This document shows positions 50,807-62,400 of a DNA stretch of 64,000 bases, in pieces. The position numbers and the translations under genes are program-made. The notes beneath the pieces were generated by a model, which saw only the letters and a list, made by a program, of their open reading frames with translations, made no database searches and was not told the origin of the DNA. Within the stretch, counting starts at the first letter, position 1. The number at the start of each line of letters is the position of its first letter. The stretch comes from a virus, in the IMG/VR virus record IMGVR_UViG_3300008111_000003; one strand, given 5' to 3'.

Positions 50807-51760
50807 TCAAGTTGAAATTATCTCCAAAGTGGCCCGAACCATGCCTTGATGTAAATTAGGAACAGGAGAATCTATTTCAAATAGGCTAATATTCTTAATA
50901 AAACATTTTCTCCAAGGGTAGGTTGATACTATATCTGGATACATTATCATATTATTTTTGATATCTCCATTATAATCTAATGGATAATTATCATTTTGAG
51001 CTAATTCATTAGTATCAAACAGTTGTAATGTAGCGTCTTGTTGTAGTCTTAATATATCAAGTAGCTTATTACGATCATTTTTATTTTCGGCTAATATATA
51101 AAAAGCAATATCTTGTTCTAACCATAGTAAACTATTTCCTATTTCATAGGGTCGTGATCGTGATCGTGATAGAGGTTCAATAATTATGCAAGGCATTTGT
51201 ATTCTATGATGGCCACCTATTGACCACTCACCATCGTCATTTAATTTAATGTCTGCATTAGATGTATTAAGAGAACTATATTGAAGAACATTAAACCAAG
51301 GACTTTCACTTGATCTATGAGTTTGCACAAACCTATAACTATAATTTAAATTGACATTTGAAGCTATGTTTATCGGGGTATTAAATATAATTCTACCCAA
51401 TGGATAATTAATACTAAAATTATCAGATTTATTTATAGTATTAGAGCCAACAACAACACTAGAAATTGGTAGTGGACTAGAACTATTAAATGTAATGTCT
51501 GTTTCCCATACCCAGTCTTTTCGTATACCCTGCCAAACTCTACCATCTTGATATGATGGATCATGTACGGGTAATAGTTTAGAGTGTTGATTTATACCAT
51601 ATAAGGTACTAGTATTAATACTAGCATCAAACCAGCCGCCTATATTTAAAAACGCCCAATCGAGATACATCTTAAAATTTGCTTCTAGTATATTTAGAAG
51701 CAAGTCCTGAGAAATACTATTTACTCCCTTGAATACAATATTATGTTCGCAATTAGTCAT
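50807..51760 (-). CDS. Putative tail terminator / neck protein
   Basis: Position before tail tube; MPCIIIE..PYEIG..QDIAFYILAE..RNKLLDIL. Confidence 0.45.
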   Translation of the reverse strand: MTNCEHNIVFKGVNSISQDLLLNILEANFKMYLDWAFLNIGGWFDASINTSTLYGINQHSKLLPVHDPSYQDGRVWQGIRKDWVWETDITFNSSSPLPISSVVVGSNTINKSDNFSINYPLGRIIFNTPINIASNVNLNYSYRFVQTHRSSESPWFNVLQYSSLNTSNADIKLNDDGEWSIGGHHRIQMPCIIIEPLSRSRSRPYEIGNSLLWLEQDIAFYILAENKNDRNKLLDILRLQQDATLQLFDTNELAQNDNYPLDYNGDIKNNMIMYPDIVSTYPWRKCFIKNISLFEIDSPVPNLHQGMVRATLEIIST

Positions 51761-52395
51761 GATATAAATACCTTATCTAATAAAGCATATATTTGATTTT
51801 CATTATTATCTATAGCTCTTGTGATCCAGTTGTTTGTTATCGTTCCAGAAAATTCTGATGGAACTTTCCACGATTTATTAGACATTCTCATAATAGCGTT
51901 TCCAGTACGAGATGCTTTATTAGGACCAAATTCAACCTGTTGTTTACGCACTAAAATTTTATTTCCTTCTAATAATAACCATTCTAACCAAGGCAGACTA
52001 TATCCTCTTAAATTATCTATAACTAGCGCATCATTCGATGACAATACGTCTGCATAGTCGCTTCGTATTAATGAAACACTAAAAGATGCTTTGATTCTAT
52101 CATTTGAAATTTTTGGACCATTATATTCGATCTTAATATTAGTTGACCATATATTAATAATATTCACTAAAGAACTTGATGGATCAGGAATACCTAGTTC
52201 AAATTGAAGTTGCCCTCCGATTAAGGAATTATATTCTGGAGTATTTTGTATTATAGATTTTATATTACTGGGTAATATTTTGCGTAGTTCATTTAAAGAT
52301 GTTTTAAGATAATTATCTATCTCAGGAACTAATGCTTGTAGAATTTTAGCACTAATTTGTTTATCTGTTTCTATGAGTTTAAGATCAAATTGCAT
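51757..52395 (-). CDS. Putative neck / tail completion protein
   Basis: Position in head-tail joining module; LPWLEWLL, NNWITRAI. Confidence 0.4.
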   Translation of the reverse strand: MQFDLKLIETDKQISAKILQALVPEIDNYLKTSLNELRKILPSNIKSIIQNTPEYNSLIGGQLQFELGIPDPSSSLVNIINIWSTNIKIEYNGPKISNDRIKASFSVSLIRSDYADVLSSNDALVIDNLRGYSLPWLEWLLLEGNKILVRKQQVEFGPNKASRTGNAIMRMSNKSWKVPSEFSGTITNNWITRAIDNNENQIYALLDKVFIS

Positions 52396-52985
52396 TATAG
52401 ACCACTTGGGGTTGGCGTCGGAGTCGGAGTTGGGGTTGGGGTTGGAGTTAGTGTGACTGGTACTTTATTACTTGAGCCAGTAAGTTCCCACATACAAAAT
52501 AAGTAGTTATTATCACCCAAACCAGCAGGGTTGGGTTCTCCATATAGTCTAAAAACTGGATTAGATCCAGTGCTATCATAAATTACAGTCATATCCTTAC
52601 ACTGTCGTATATCTGATAAATAAGTTTTATCACAAATAGTTTGTATAAAACCATTAGGATTATTAATTTGAGGAGGGGGGTTGATCCATTTTTTATAATC
52701 CCATATAACAGCTAAATATCCAGTAGTAATTTTTTCAATTCCATATGACCCAACACCATTGCAATATGGACATATTTTTCCTAACACAAATGGTACTGGA
52801 CCACCACTTTTATATTTACCAGATGATTTTTTTAAACTAACATCATATATACAATTTGGACAAACATTCAGATTTGTGGTACCAAAATTAAAATCACATC
52901 TGGTAGCTAAGCCAGTACTAGCTAGAATTGAATCAATATGGTTATTATAAACTTTTTTAAGGGCTGAGAAATCAGGATATACCAT
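52395..52985 (-). CDS. Putative head-closure protein with (TP)n C-terminal tail
   Basis: CPNC..CPYCNG zinc motif; ends TLTPTPTPTPTPTPTPSGL. Confidence 0.45.
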   Translation of the reverse strand: MVYPDFSALKKVYNNHIDSILASTGLATRCDFNFGTTNLNVCPNCIYDVSLKKSSGKYKSGGPVPFVLGKICPYCNGVGSYGIEKITTGYLAVIWDYKKWINPPPQINNPNGFIQTICDKTYLSDIRQCKDMTVIYDSTGSNPVFRLYGEPNPAGLGDNNYLFCMWELTGSSNKVPVTLTPTPTPTPTPTPTPSGL

Positions 52986-52993
52986 AAATTATC

Positions 52994-53518
52994 TCACGAA
53001 TAAAAGTCATTATTACCAACATTTCTAAATGGACCAACATTAAGATAACGAGGATCATATCTATTATTAACGAATGGACTAAGCACAGCAGCAAAAGCAC
53101 TAGCATTTCTAACATCCCAATGACTCGTTAATTCATCATATACTGCGCAGGAACCTCTATCTAAAATAGCCTGCCACCCCGTTAATGATCCACCAATATC
53201 TAAACTAGCGGCCCCTAGCGAGGTTCTAATACCCTCTAATGCTGCTTTGGTTCTTAAATTACCTTGATCAACTATGCATGCTGCTTTCAAGCAACACATG
53301 CTGATAAAAATACTATCATTATTTATTGTCGGATCTGGAGTAATATTTATTCCCACAACATCAATAGTATAAGAATATTCAACATTAATATCAAATTGTA
53401 CATATTTACCAGCAACTACTAAAACTTGTGCTAATCTTTCATCACTAAAATCATAAGGAGTATCTAGATCATTAATAAGAACCCTTGTGGTAATAACCAT
53501 TTCATCTTGCCACGCCAT
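52994..53518 (-). CDS. Putative head-tail adaptor
   Basis: First gene after capsid; RVLINDL..FSDERL adaptor-like N-terminus. Confidence 0.5.
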   Translation of the reverse strand: MAWQDEMVITTRVLINDLDTPYDFSDERLAQVLVVAGKYVQFDINVEYSYTIDVVGINITPDPTINNDSIFISMCCLKAACIVDQGNLRTKAALEGIRTSLGAASLDIGGSLTGWQAILDRGSCAVYDELTSHWDVRNASAFAAVLSPFVNNRYDPRYLNVGPFRNVGNNDFYS

Positions 53519-53560
53519 AAATAGGTCCTTTCAGATATTTAAAAGAGGGTACAGTATATT

Positions 53561-53567
53561 ATACACC
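53561..53567 (-). promoter_or_regulatory. Putative late promoter motif GGTGTAT
   Basis: Immediately after the capsid terminator, before the adaptor gene. Confidence 0.55.
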
Positions 53568-53568
53568 T

Positions 53569-53601
53569 AAAAAAAAAGGCCGGCACAAGGCCAGCCTTTT
53601 T
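53569..53601 (-). terminator. Intrinsic terminator after major capsid gene
   Basis: Minus strand AAAAAGGCTGGC-CTTGT-GCCGGCC followed by a T9 tract. Confidence 0.85.
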
Positions 53602-53627
53602 CTTAAAGTAACATTAATCTTCTCAGA

Positions 53628-54656
53628 TTAGAGAGCGCCAAGTAGTACTCTGCGGTTGTCTAGAACAGCAAAGCCTTGTTCTGCCCAGCCATAGAAGCCG
53701 GCTCTTTTCTGACGATGTAGTGTATCATCTTCAAAGATTTGAACTTCTTGACGAACTGGCATAATGAAACTGTCTCTCTTGCGAAGATCAAGACCAACAA
53801 CAATTTCAACCTTGTCGTTATTACTGTCACCACCAGCATTTTGTGGTAATGTGCCACTAAGAACGTTACTATAGAATAGTTGATATTGTTGACCTTCACC
53901 GAGCTCGTCTCTATCATGAAGATTAACACTGAAAACGCGATTAACACTGCCATCAGCGGCTGTATAGATTTCGCGACGAGTAACTTCGTCGATTTGATCT
54001 AGACCCCAGTTGCGAATGTCTTCCATTGCCTCTGGACTAACATAAAGATCTGTTAGCATACCACGATTGTTACTAGCACTGTTACCACCGCCGTTTCTGC
54101 GCATTACTGTCTTCATAAGAGAAACTAGTCTCTTGCTGAACTGACCAGCACTGGCATCAGCGTCGTAAACAACGATGTTACGATCAACACCAGCAGCAAG
54201 TAGAGTATGCCAGCCGTCATCATTCATTTTCTTAACAAATTGAGCTTCGAGAACTTCCATAGCACGACCAACAACGTCCCAACGGGCGTCACGAGCATAC
54301 TTTAGAAGATAATCGATACTGGCACCAATGTCATAGGTTGGAACCATAACATAGTCGCCTTCAACGTGCTTCTGTGGAATATAACCATGATTAGGAATGG
54401 TATAAGCCACAAAGTCTTTTTCAGTACCTGGAGCAAGGAAGTCTAGTGGGAACTCTGGAGTGGCACTTTGAGCTAATTGAATTGGCTCGAAAATGTCATC
54501 AAGAATATTACCACTAAGTACGCCTTGACGAAGAGGAAGTTCTAGAGCCTTTGCAAATTCATGATTAGCAGCTAAAGCTTCTTCTTTGTGTAACGAACCA
54601 GACTTAACAAGAAGATTTGTTAGTTCTGGAGTAGGATCAAATTTTCTATTGGCCAT
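53628..54656 (-). CDS. Major capsid protein (HK97 fold)
   Basis: Follows protease/scaffold and decoration genes; strongly biased codon use; own terminator; GGGAG RBS before MANRKF. Confidence 0.78.
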   Translation of the reverse strand: MANRKFDPTPELTNLLVKSGSLHKEEALAANHEFAKALELPLRQGVLSGNILDDIFEPIQLAQSATPEFPLDFLAPGTEKDFVAYTIPNHGYIPQKHVEGDYVMVPTYDIGASIDYLLKYARDARWDVVGRAMEVLEAQFVKKMNDDGWHTLLAAGVDRNIVVYDADASAGQFSKRLVSLMKTVMRRNGGGNSASNNRGMLTDLYVSPEAMEDIRNWGLDQIDEVTRREIYTAADGSVNRVFSVNLHDRDELGEGQQYQLFYSNVLSGTLPQNAGGDSNNDKVEIVVGLDLRKRDSFIMPVRQEVQIFEDDTLHRQKRAGFYGWAEQGFAVLDNRRVLLGAL

Positions 54657-54670
54657 GTTTTTCTCCCTTA

Positions 54671-55147
54671 TCAAGTTATATTAATGTCTACTTTGATGTA
54701 ACCATCGGCATCTAGAACACTTAGGAAACGACCAACCTTAACACCAGATGATGTGGCACCAGCTGTGCTAACATTGGTTAGTTTGCCATTAACACCAAAG
54801 TAAGCATCTTGACCCACTGTTGGTGCTACGCCAGAAACAACCATATTTGTTGTTACTTGACCTTGGCGTAATAGTGTTACTTTACTACCAGTTTGTACTT
54901 CATCACGATGCCAGTTGGTGTGTTGTCTTGTTAGATCAAGAGTAACAACATCATTGAGCAATAGCCCAGCAGGAATTTTGCCAGATGGACTAGCAACTGT
55001 TGCTGTGACTACAGCACCGGAATCGTCCATAGCAATGCCGCTTCCGCCGGTGCTATGAACAGCAATAACGCCACGCTCTGCACTGGCATCATTGCAGAAA
55101 AAAGAAATATCTGTGTAAGCTTCAATTCTATCTGATTTTAAAGCCAT
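54671..55147 (-). CDS. Head decoration / capsid cement protein
   Basis: 158-aa beta-rich ORF between scaffold and MCP (PAGLLLNDV, GQVTTN, VGRFLS). Confidence 0.6.
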   Translation of the reverse strand: MALKSDRIEAYTDISFFCNDASAERGVIAVHSTGGSGIAMDDSGAVVTATVASPSGKIPAGLLLNDVVTLDLTRQHTNWHRDEVQTGSKVTLLRQGQVTTNMVVSGVAPTVGQDAYFGVNGKLTNVSTAGATSSGVKVGRFLSVLDADGYIKVDINIT

Positions 55148-55149
55148 GT

Positions 55150-56601
55150 TTACTCTCCCTTATTTAGTTTTTTGCCTAATCTAATACAAACAAAGTCAAC
55201 TAAGGCAGCTCTAGTACTTTGCGCTTCTGTTTCACTCTCACTACCAACACTAAGATCAATTTCTTGATCATCTGTTTCAACATTTTCTAAAGCTAGTGAA
55301 ACATCTTCTTTTTCAGGAGCGGTTTCTTCTGCTTTGGAATCTTTTTTCATCTCTTCTTCATCTTTCTTGGGTGGCTTAACAGCAGCCACTAGAGCAGCAA
55401 TACTTTCAAATGTGGCATCATCAAGACTTTCTAGCTTATCAACTGTGGCGCTAGCGAGTTCTTCTGATAATCCACCTTCTAGAAGAGAGGCCATTCTTTT
55501 CATCTTCTTTTCTTTCTTGGCCATTTCTTCTTCTTTCATTTTGTAGCCAGCTAAAACTTCATGTGTGGCTTCTAGTTCTGTTTGAATAGCTTCTAAAGCA
55601 GCTTTCATTTTCTTCATCTCTTCTTCTTTCTTACTCATTTCTTCTTGCATCTTTTTAGCTGCTTCGGCTTCTTGAGTATCAACAACAGTTGTAACTTCTG
55701 GTTCTGATACTGTGGTTACTTCTGATGTTGGGGCTGTGGATTCAACACTCATATTTGTCTCCTTTAAGTTGGCTTGATTTGAAAATACACCTTCTTCTGT
55801 AGAATCGTCATTTTTTTCGTTTGATTTTTTTGTTATATTTAACAACTCACTGGTTTGTTTAAGATTTTCTTTGGTAAAAATAATACTTTCTGGATTAGCG
55901 GGTCTGTTAACAAAGCCTTTTCCAGAGAATGTTATATTGCGTAATACTCTTCCTATCTTATAATTTTCGTGTTCGCCTTGTCCACCATATGCTCTTAAGT
56001 GTTTTGTTAAAAATGATGTTTCTTCATTTCGTGGTAAAATATGATAACTACCATTAGCCTTATTAACTAAACCATAATCAAAATTCTTAAAAAAGCACTC
56101 CATACTAACGTACTTTTCACCAGCTTCTATTTCTTCTATAAGATTTAAAGCTCTTTCTCTTAATTCTGGCTCTGTAAAACCCTTATATATTACTGAACCA
56201 GTTAAAATATGAAACTTTTCTGGTAAGCTATCTAATGGTAAAGATTCATCAATTAGTTCACCATCAATATCTATTGGCCAATTAGATGTTATATGACCAA
56301 CAATTGTCTTCTCATCATGCTCAAGATTTGTGGGCTTGTGCATGGGCGTGGATCTTGCGAGCCAGACCTCTTTGGCATCAAAAATATCATCATTTTTATT
56401 CCATGATGTTGTTACAAGAATAGATTGAGTGTAATATAGATCAGTATCCTCTATTCCGGCCAAAGCTTGATTTTCTTTTCTGGCTTTGGAATTAGAAATC
56501 TCATTGATTGATTGCTCTAATAAAGATGCATAAACTATAGAGGATTTAGCAGAAAGAAGCTCTGAAAGACCATCAATTTTTTCAAAATTATAAATATGCA
56601 T
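55150..56601 (-). CDS. Prohead protease fused to scaffolding region
   Basis: NKNDD, NLEHD..IVGHI, YVSMEC, FSGKGFVNRPA; acidic coiled-coil C-terminus. Confidence 0.65.
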   Translation of the reverse strand: MHIYNFEKIDGLSELLSAKSSIVYASLLEQSINEISNSKARKENQALAGIEDTDLYYTQSILVTTSWNKNDDIFDAKEVWLARSTPMHKPTNLEHDEKTIVGHITSNWPIDIDGELIDESLPLDSLPEKFHILTGSVIYKGFTEPELRERALNLIEEIEAGEKYVSMECFFKNFDYGLVNKANGSYHILPRNEETSFLTKHLRAYGGQGEHENYKIGRVLRNITFSGKGFVNRPANPESIIFTKENLKQTSELLNITKKSNEKNDDSTEEGVFSNQANLKETNMSVESTAPTSEVTTVSEPEVTTVVDTQEAEAAKKMQEEMSKKEEEMKKMKAALEAIQTELEATHEVLAGYKMKEEEMAKKEKKMKRMASLLEGGLSEELASATVDKLESLDDATFESIAALVAAVKPPKKDEEEMKKDSKAEETAPEKEDVSLALENVETDDQEIDLSVGSESETEAQSTRAALVDFVCIRLGKKLNKGE

Positions 56602-56624
56602 AATAGCCTCTTTTGTTAGTTTTC

Positions 56625-58829
56625 TTATTCGGAATACACCGTTTGATAAAAATAGGCTTTAGTATACTTGATTTCGTCTGAGGTCGGTGCCCTATTAATA
56701 TCAATGCTTATAGCCTTGATAAATTTATTATATTGGGCGGTTTTATTATTAATATCAATACTATTAATAGTATTGAGTTTTGCTAAAACTACTTCTTCAC
56801 TTAATGTTGACAATGGATCTAATGATAAAAAGATTTTAGTTTTTGTTACTTCTGCTTCATCATACTCTGCTTTAGATAAACTGCGCATATTTTTTTTATT
56901 ATAGAATTCTAGAAATTGTGGATTTAAAATTTCTGCAATTTTATCTTGAGCTTCTATGGCCCATAGATATAATGATGCCCCGGTTTGAGGAGCAAATTCT
57001 TTTGTTTTACGCTTCTTAGAGTCTTTAACGTTTTTTGGACGACCTTGTTGTGGTTGTCCCTTTGGTTGATCATTACCGATAGGAGGTGTACCAAATGCTG
57101 GTTTAGGAGGAGCAAATGCTGTTTTAACTTCTATCGCATTCATCTCTCCTTTCTTTTTGGGTTCTAGTTCTAATCCAACTTGACTCGGAGTAGCAAGACC
57201 AAGCTGCATAGCCATCTTCTTCATGCTATTTTCAATAGTACCACCATCGAAAAATGGACCAGCTTTGGGAACCATACGCTCACTATCTCTTTCTCTATTT
57301 TCTCTATTAAGTCTATTCTTTTCCATATCAGCATCAAGACCAAACGCTTTTTGAATCATCTCATCGCTGATAAGATTTCTATCTGCTAGTTGAATTAGTA
57401 ATGCTTTTTCTGCATCTTCATTACTCAGATCCATTCTATCAAACTCAATTTTTGCCGGTAATTTAAAACCCATAGCCTTTTGAACTAGAGCTATCTCATT
57501 TTTCCAAAAAGCTGTTAATACTTTTCTTCCATATTGTAATCTTTGTGTTAGTGTTTTTAGACTAATGAAATTATTAGTTGTACCAGCAGCACCGAATGTT
57601 CCTGTTAGTGTTGGAGGAATACCAAGACCAGCATAAATAGCATTTAAATGAGGAACATATTTAGCTTCTCCTAGAAACTGATGAACAGCTGTTTTGCTTT
57701 CTATAAGCTCAATATCTGGTCCCCATACTAAATCCATTGTGCCACCACCAACATTAGCCTGTAATATATTACTTAGTTTACTAGCGGCAGCTTGTGTTGG
57801 AGCGATCTTGTGCTCTAGACTACCTAGTTTGAAAATTCTTATATTAGAGATAGCACCATCAAGAGCTGCTAAGTCTGCTAATTTAAGTTTTTCCACAATA
57901 CTAATATCATCCATAATACTGTAGATCATTGGAAATGCCCATGTTTTCCAATCATCTTTTTTGTAATGGAATACTAGTGTTTTATTTGGATCTAGAAGAT
58001 ATGGTTTCTTGGACTTAGCAGATTCAACAATGGCTTCTGGTAACTGAGCTACGATAGCTGCTTCAGCTTCATTCTTTGGACTATTAATAATTTTACGTAA
58101 TGATGCTGGTATACTGATATAATAATTTTTCTTACCAACAAAGGATGCTAATGATGCGCCAGCAATATCAACTACTCTTGGATCAATAAAAGTATACTTC
58201 CAAGGTATTTCTCTTTTTTCTACTACCTCTTCATCACTATTAATAATTAAATCTGGAGAAGCTTTTGTTCTATACATACTTTCAGCAACTTTAACACCAA
58301 TTTTTGCTGTTTGTTTATTAACTACCACATTGCCTACTCTATATAAATGATTAAGAAAGCGTTCACTACGTTCCTCGCCCTTTACTTTCTCAAACCAATT
58401 ACGATAAAATCTTTCTATTCTTTTATTGGGATGAACTAATCTTATGCCCTGACTAGCAAAATCGCCCATAAGATCAATAACGTTTTTAACTAATCCAACT
58501 CTGTTATAGATCTGATCAGCCATAGCAAAGATCGCTTTGATCTCTGTGGGAACAGCTTCGTCTGGTCTAAAATAGTCATAATCACTCTTTGTTAAACCTG
58601 GACGGCCAGATATCGGCCCATCCAAATTCATAAAGTTTCTGAAACGACTAGTTGCTGCTGTGGACTTGTTGGCAAATAAGCCAAATTCTTCTAAACTACG
58701 AGATGATTCATCCAGAGCTTGTTGTTTACTATTTAGGTCATTATCGTCCCATGTAACATATGCTTTTTCTGGCATAGTATTGGGAGCTTCTGGAATACTC
58801 TCACTCTTTGGATATTTTTTTCTAGGCAT
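56625..58829 (-). CDS. Portal protein
   Basis: Between terminase and protease; VGLVKNVIDLMGDF, IYAGLGIPPTL, C-terminal GRPK linker. Confidence 0.72.
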   Translation of the reverse strand: MPRKKYPKSESIPEAPNTMPEKAYVTWDDNDLNSKQQALDESSRSLEEFGLFANKSTAATSRFRNFMNLDGPISGRPGLTKSDYDYFRPDEAVPTEIKAIFAMADQIYNRVGLVKNVIDLMGDFASQGIRLVHPNKRIERFYRNWFEKVKGEERSERFLNHLYRVGNVVVNKQTAKIGVKVAESMYRTKASPDLIINSDEEVVEKREIPWKYTFIDPRVVDIAGASLASFVGKKNYYISIPASLRKIINSPKNEAEAAIVAQLPEAIVESAKSKKPYLLDPNKTLVFHYKKDDWKTWAFPMIYSIMDDISIVEKLKLADLAALDGAISNIRIFKLGSLEHKIAPTQAAASKLSNILQANVGGGTMDLVWGPDIELIESKTAVHQFLGEAKYVPHLNAIYAGLGIPPTLTGTFGAAGTTNNFISLKTLTQRLQYGRKVLTAFWKNEIALVQKAMGFKLPAKIEFDRMDLSNEDAEKALLIQLADRNLISDEMIQKAFGLDADMEKNRLNRENRERDSERMVPKAGPFFDGGTIENSMKKMAMQLGLATPSQVGLELEPKKKGEMNAIEVKTAFAPPKPAFGTPPIGNDQPKGQPQQGRPKNVKDSKKRKTKEFAPQTGASLYLWAIEAQDKIAEILNPQFLEFYNKKNMRSLSKAEYDEAEVTKTKIFLSLDPLSTLSEEVVLAKLNTINSIDINNKTAQYNKFIKAISIDINRAPTSDEIKYTKAYFYQTVYSE
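56633..56640 (-). promoter_or_regulatory. Putative late promoter motif GGTGTATT in last codons of portal gene
   Basis: Recurrent GTGTA motif about 30 nt before the protease start. Confidence 0.4.
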
Positions 58830-58838
58830 AATATTTTC

Positions 58839-59393
58839 TTAAATATATTTAAGTCTACAGTTTGTGTTGTCTTTTGGTAATAAATATCCTAAAAATTCTA
58901 AATAATTTCTAAGTTTATCTTCATATAGATCTTGTTCTATAAACGATCCAACGCTGAATAAATCAAATCTAATTGGTTTATGTTCAGATATATTGTGATA
59001 TTGACTAAATCTATTAAAAGGATTTACTGTTTGTCCAATTTTTAATAAGTTTTTTTTGCCATCAGAAACAAGATATAAAAAGGGCTGATTAACAAAATTC
59101 TTAAATTTATAAAGTTTATTATCAGAAATAACATGATTAATATTATTAAATTTATCAATTATTTTTTGTATGATTTGTTTTGTATATTTTATTTTTGTAA
59201 ATCCATTCCAATAATCTCCATCAATAGCATCTTCAAAAGAAGTATTAATAAAATTGGAAGAGGATGAGTATCTTGTGTATGGATTACGACCAATATTAGC
59301 TGCACATTTAGTACAATAATTAGTTCTATTTTTATTGGAGACTAAATTTGGCTTACGACATCTTTTACAGTAATTTAGATCGGTTATAATCAT
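58839..59393 (-). CDS. GIY-YIG / T5orf172-like endonuclease
   Basis: FLYLVSD..LLKIGQTVNPFNRFSQY..E; N-terminal CKRC/CTKC. Confidence 0.6.
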   Translation of the reverse strand: MIITDLNYCKRCRKPNLVSNKNRTNYCTKCAANIGRNPYTRYSSSSNFINTSFEDAIDGDYWNGFTKIKYTKQIIQKIIDKFNNINHVISDNKLYKFKNFVNQPFLYLVSDGKKNLLKIGQTVNPFNRFSQYHNISEHKPIRFDLFSVGSFIEQDLYEDKLRNYLEFLGYLLPKDNTNCRLKYI

Positions 59394-59439
59394 AAAATTA
59401 ATACAATCATGATTGATTCGTTAATGATATTATTATTTT

Positions 59440-59445
59440 TACACC
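59440..59445 (-). promoter_or_regulatory. Putative late promoter motif GGTGTA after terminase
   Basis: Recurrent GTGTA motif; 12-bp palindrome CAATCATGATTG lies downstream at 59404-59415. Confidence 0.4.
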
Positions 59446-59447
59446 AA

Positions 59448-62400
59448 TTAGCGATAAATCCCACCATATATATTAGTGTTTGCGTTTTCTGTAAACCAGT
59501 TTGGTCCTTTATACATTTGACCATCTGTTTTGGCCACTTCTGCTAAGTTATTACCAATTATATCAAATGAAACTGGTTCTAAACTTCTGCTCATTTGTCT
59601 AGCTATCATATTAGCTATTAATAAAGCACTGTATCTATCTTTTCTTAATTTACCCTTTTTACCATTGGGTAGTTTAACTTCTGGAGTATCCCATCGATCT
59701 CTAGCATTTGGACCAGTGCTAGTTTGAGTCATGACTATTGTTGTTAATTCATTTTTGAGTTCTTCAATTTCTAGCACACACTCACTTTCGCTATCGTACA
59801 CATTATTAATATCGCTATTTAATATATCCTTATTTTCTCTATCCAATGCTAGTGCTAGAGTAACAGCATCAAATCGTGGAAATAGTAAAACTTTATCCTC
59901 AAGATCTTTACGCAATCCATGATTAGCTTGACTTGTCCAATCTGCTCGTGCAAACTGAATTAGTTCCAGAATATGCAAACCGCTTTGATCATCAGTATCT
60001 TTTGGTTTATTCATATCTATTACTGGCCAGATTAAATTTTCACCTTCTTCTAGTTTGCCAGGATCGTGTAGTGCTTCTTCGATAGCCACACCACCACCCT
60101 GAGCATCTAACCCTATTCTGGCACAAGGAAAAATTTTCATCAAATTACGAATTTTTCTAGCACAAAAACTATAGAAATCATATTCATTAACTAATCCTGT
60201 TTTTTGACGATCCTTAAAGTTATTACGATTGGTGCTCCAACCATAAACTATTCTGTTATGATCTTTGTGTAGTTCTATAATAACTATAGTAAAATTATCT
60301 TTTTCGCTAGCTGGATCTATACCATAAACATATTGAAGATCAGGATTCCCTTTTGTTGATACATCAAATAAAACATTATGACCATTAACAATGATTGGTT
60401 TAGATTCATTAGTAACACAACTTTCTATTAGACTACGACGAAAAAATCCATCACTATCTTCTGTGAAACAAGCCGCATATTCCATATTATAGATACCAGT
60501 ATGAATAGTAGCTTTGGCTCTGCTTACCTGTTTATCGTCCATGAATCCTTTGGGAATGAGTTCGTATGGAATACGAATAATACTATAGTCTCTCCAGTTA
60601 AAACTATCTGGAACCTCACCTTTAAATATTTCCTCTAATTGACGCTGATCTCCCCTGCTATTAATAATAGCTTTGTATCTTTTCCAATAACTAGCAAAAT
60701 GCTTGAAACTATAATCTGCTGTACCAGCTATAATAGCTTGATTTCCCTTTTTAATTTGTACCGCTTCTAATTCAGCATTCCATAATCCAGCCTCTGTCAT
60801 AGCTGCTTTTTTAGCTTCTTCTTTAACATTTTGAATAGGACTAGCACTAACAGCAGCGAAACCTGATACTACCGTTTCATAAATTTCTGGACTAATTGAT
60901 GCGAACTCGTCTGCGATGATAATATGTGCTCTTAAACCTCTGATCTTGCTACCATCACCCATAGGAACCGCTATTGTCCAACTTTCGCCCAATCTCATTG
61001 TGCATCTGTCCACATCACGACGCGGACCATCATCGTTTCCATTAAAGATGCTACGGAGAATAGGACTATTTCGCCACAATGTTTCCATATATTCAAATAT
61101 GATTTTACTCTGTCTAAAAGCTGCACCAACCACCACAATCTTGGTGCCCGGCACAAAGATACATTTTAATGTGCAATACATAGCCATTAAAAATGAATTA
61201 TGAGTAACGATATAATCTTTAGTAATATAGGTACTATCATCATTATCAACCATTATACAATAGCCACTACCTTTACCAATATGCTCTATATTTGTAATAA
61301 ATACCTTGTCGTATTTTGATTGACCTTGTTTTGATATTGTGTGTTTAAGATAATCTAATTTTCTAGGCAAACTAAAAATAGCCTCGTTTGTATACATTGA
61401 AATCCTATGACAATCAGCATATTTTTTACCACGAAACATAGATGATTTCTTAGTAGATTTACAGTGAATACCTAAAGACCTAGCTAAATCTAAAGTATCT
61501 CTATTCAAATCTGATGATACCGTATAATACTCTATAACCGATTCTCCATTAGAATATCCGTCTGTATCCATCAGTCCTTGTAATAGAGCTATTTTTTGAT
61601 CATATGAACCATATAAATAATTTAATGGTATGTGTTTATTGTGACTGTTTAATTTATGTATACCAATTTGTTCTATAATCTTATAGAATGGTATATTAGT
61701 AGTAGTATTAATACCATGAGTAATACCATCTGCCTGGGTGGACACATAATATCCCATGGGTAGTAAACTATTGATTCTATTTACAATATGTTGATCCGTA
61801 CTACTAAAAGTTATTCTATTTTGTGTCAAACATCCATCCCCCAAAAGCACACCAACAATATATGGGTGTAATGGAAGATCTTGGGGTTCTTCCTCTATTA
61901 AAGGCTTATTAATAGGAAGAGCATACAAATATTCTTTTCCATTGCTCTTGCCTCCAATTCTATCTCTTTTAAAATCTAGCATTTCTTTAGTCTTCAATAC
62001 ATTCCATTTTTTATTTTTTTGACTATATACTTTCCACTGATGATCTCCACAACATTCTATGGTTCTACCATCTCTTAGCGTTATTTTATACATATCTAAA
62101 TTATTTTGTAGATCTGTTTTATTAATAACTGTTGTTAATTTACCGTCTCCGCCATAAATTTTATCTCCAACTTTAATATTTTTCATTGTGGTCCAGCCAT
62201 TCGGGGTTCTTAGTTGTTCGTCTGGTCTTAACATTTTACCAAAACCACGACTAGCCACAAACATAGGAAATGGTCGAATCCAAAATTCTTGTAATATAGC
62301 TATCTGAATAGGATGAAGTTCTATATCGAATAATAGTTTTACTGTGGTACCAAAATATCGTGGGTCTTTTAATAGTCGTAATAAATGTAAATCAGGATTT

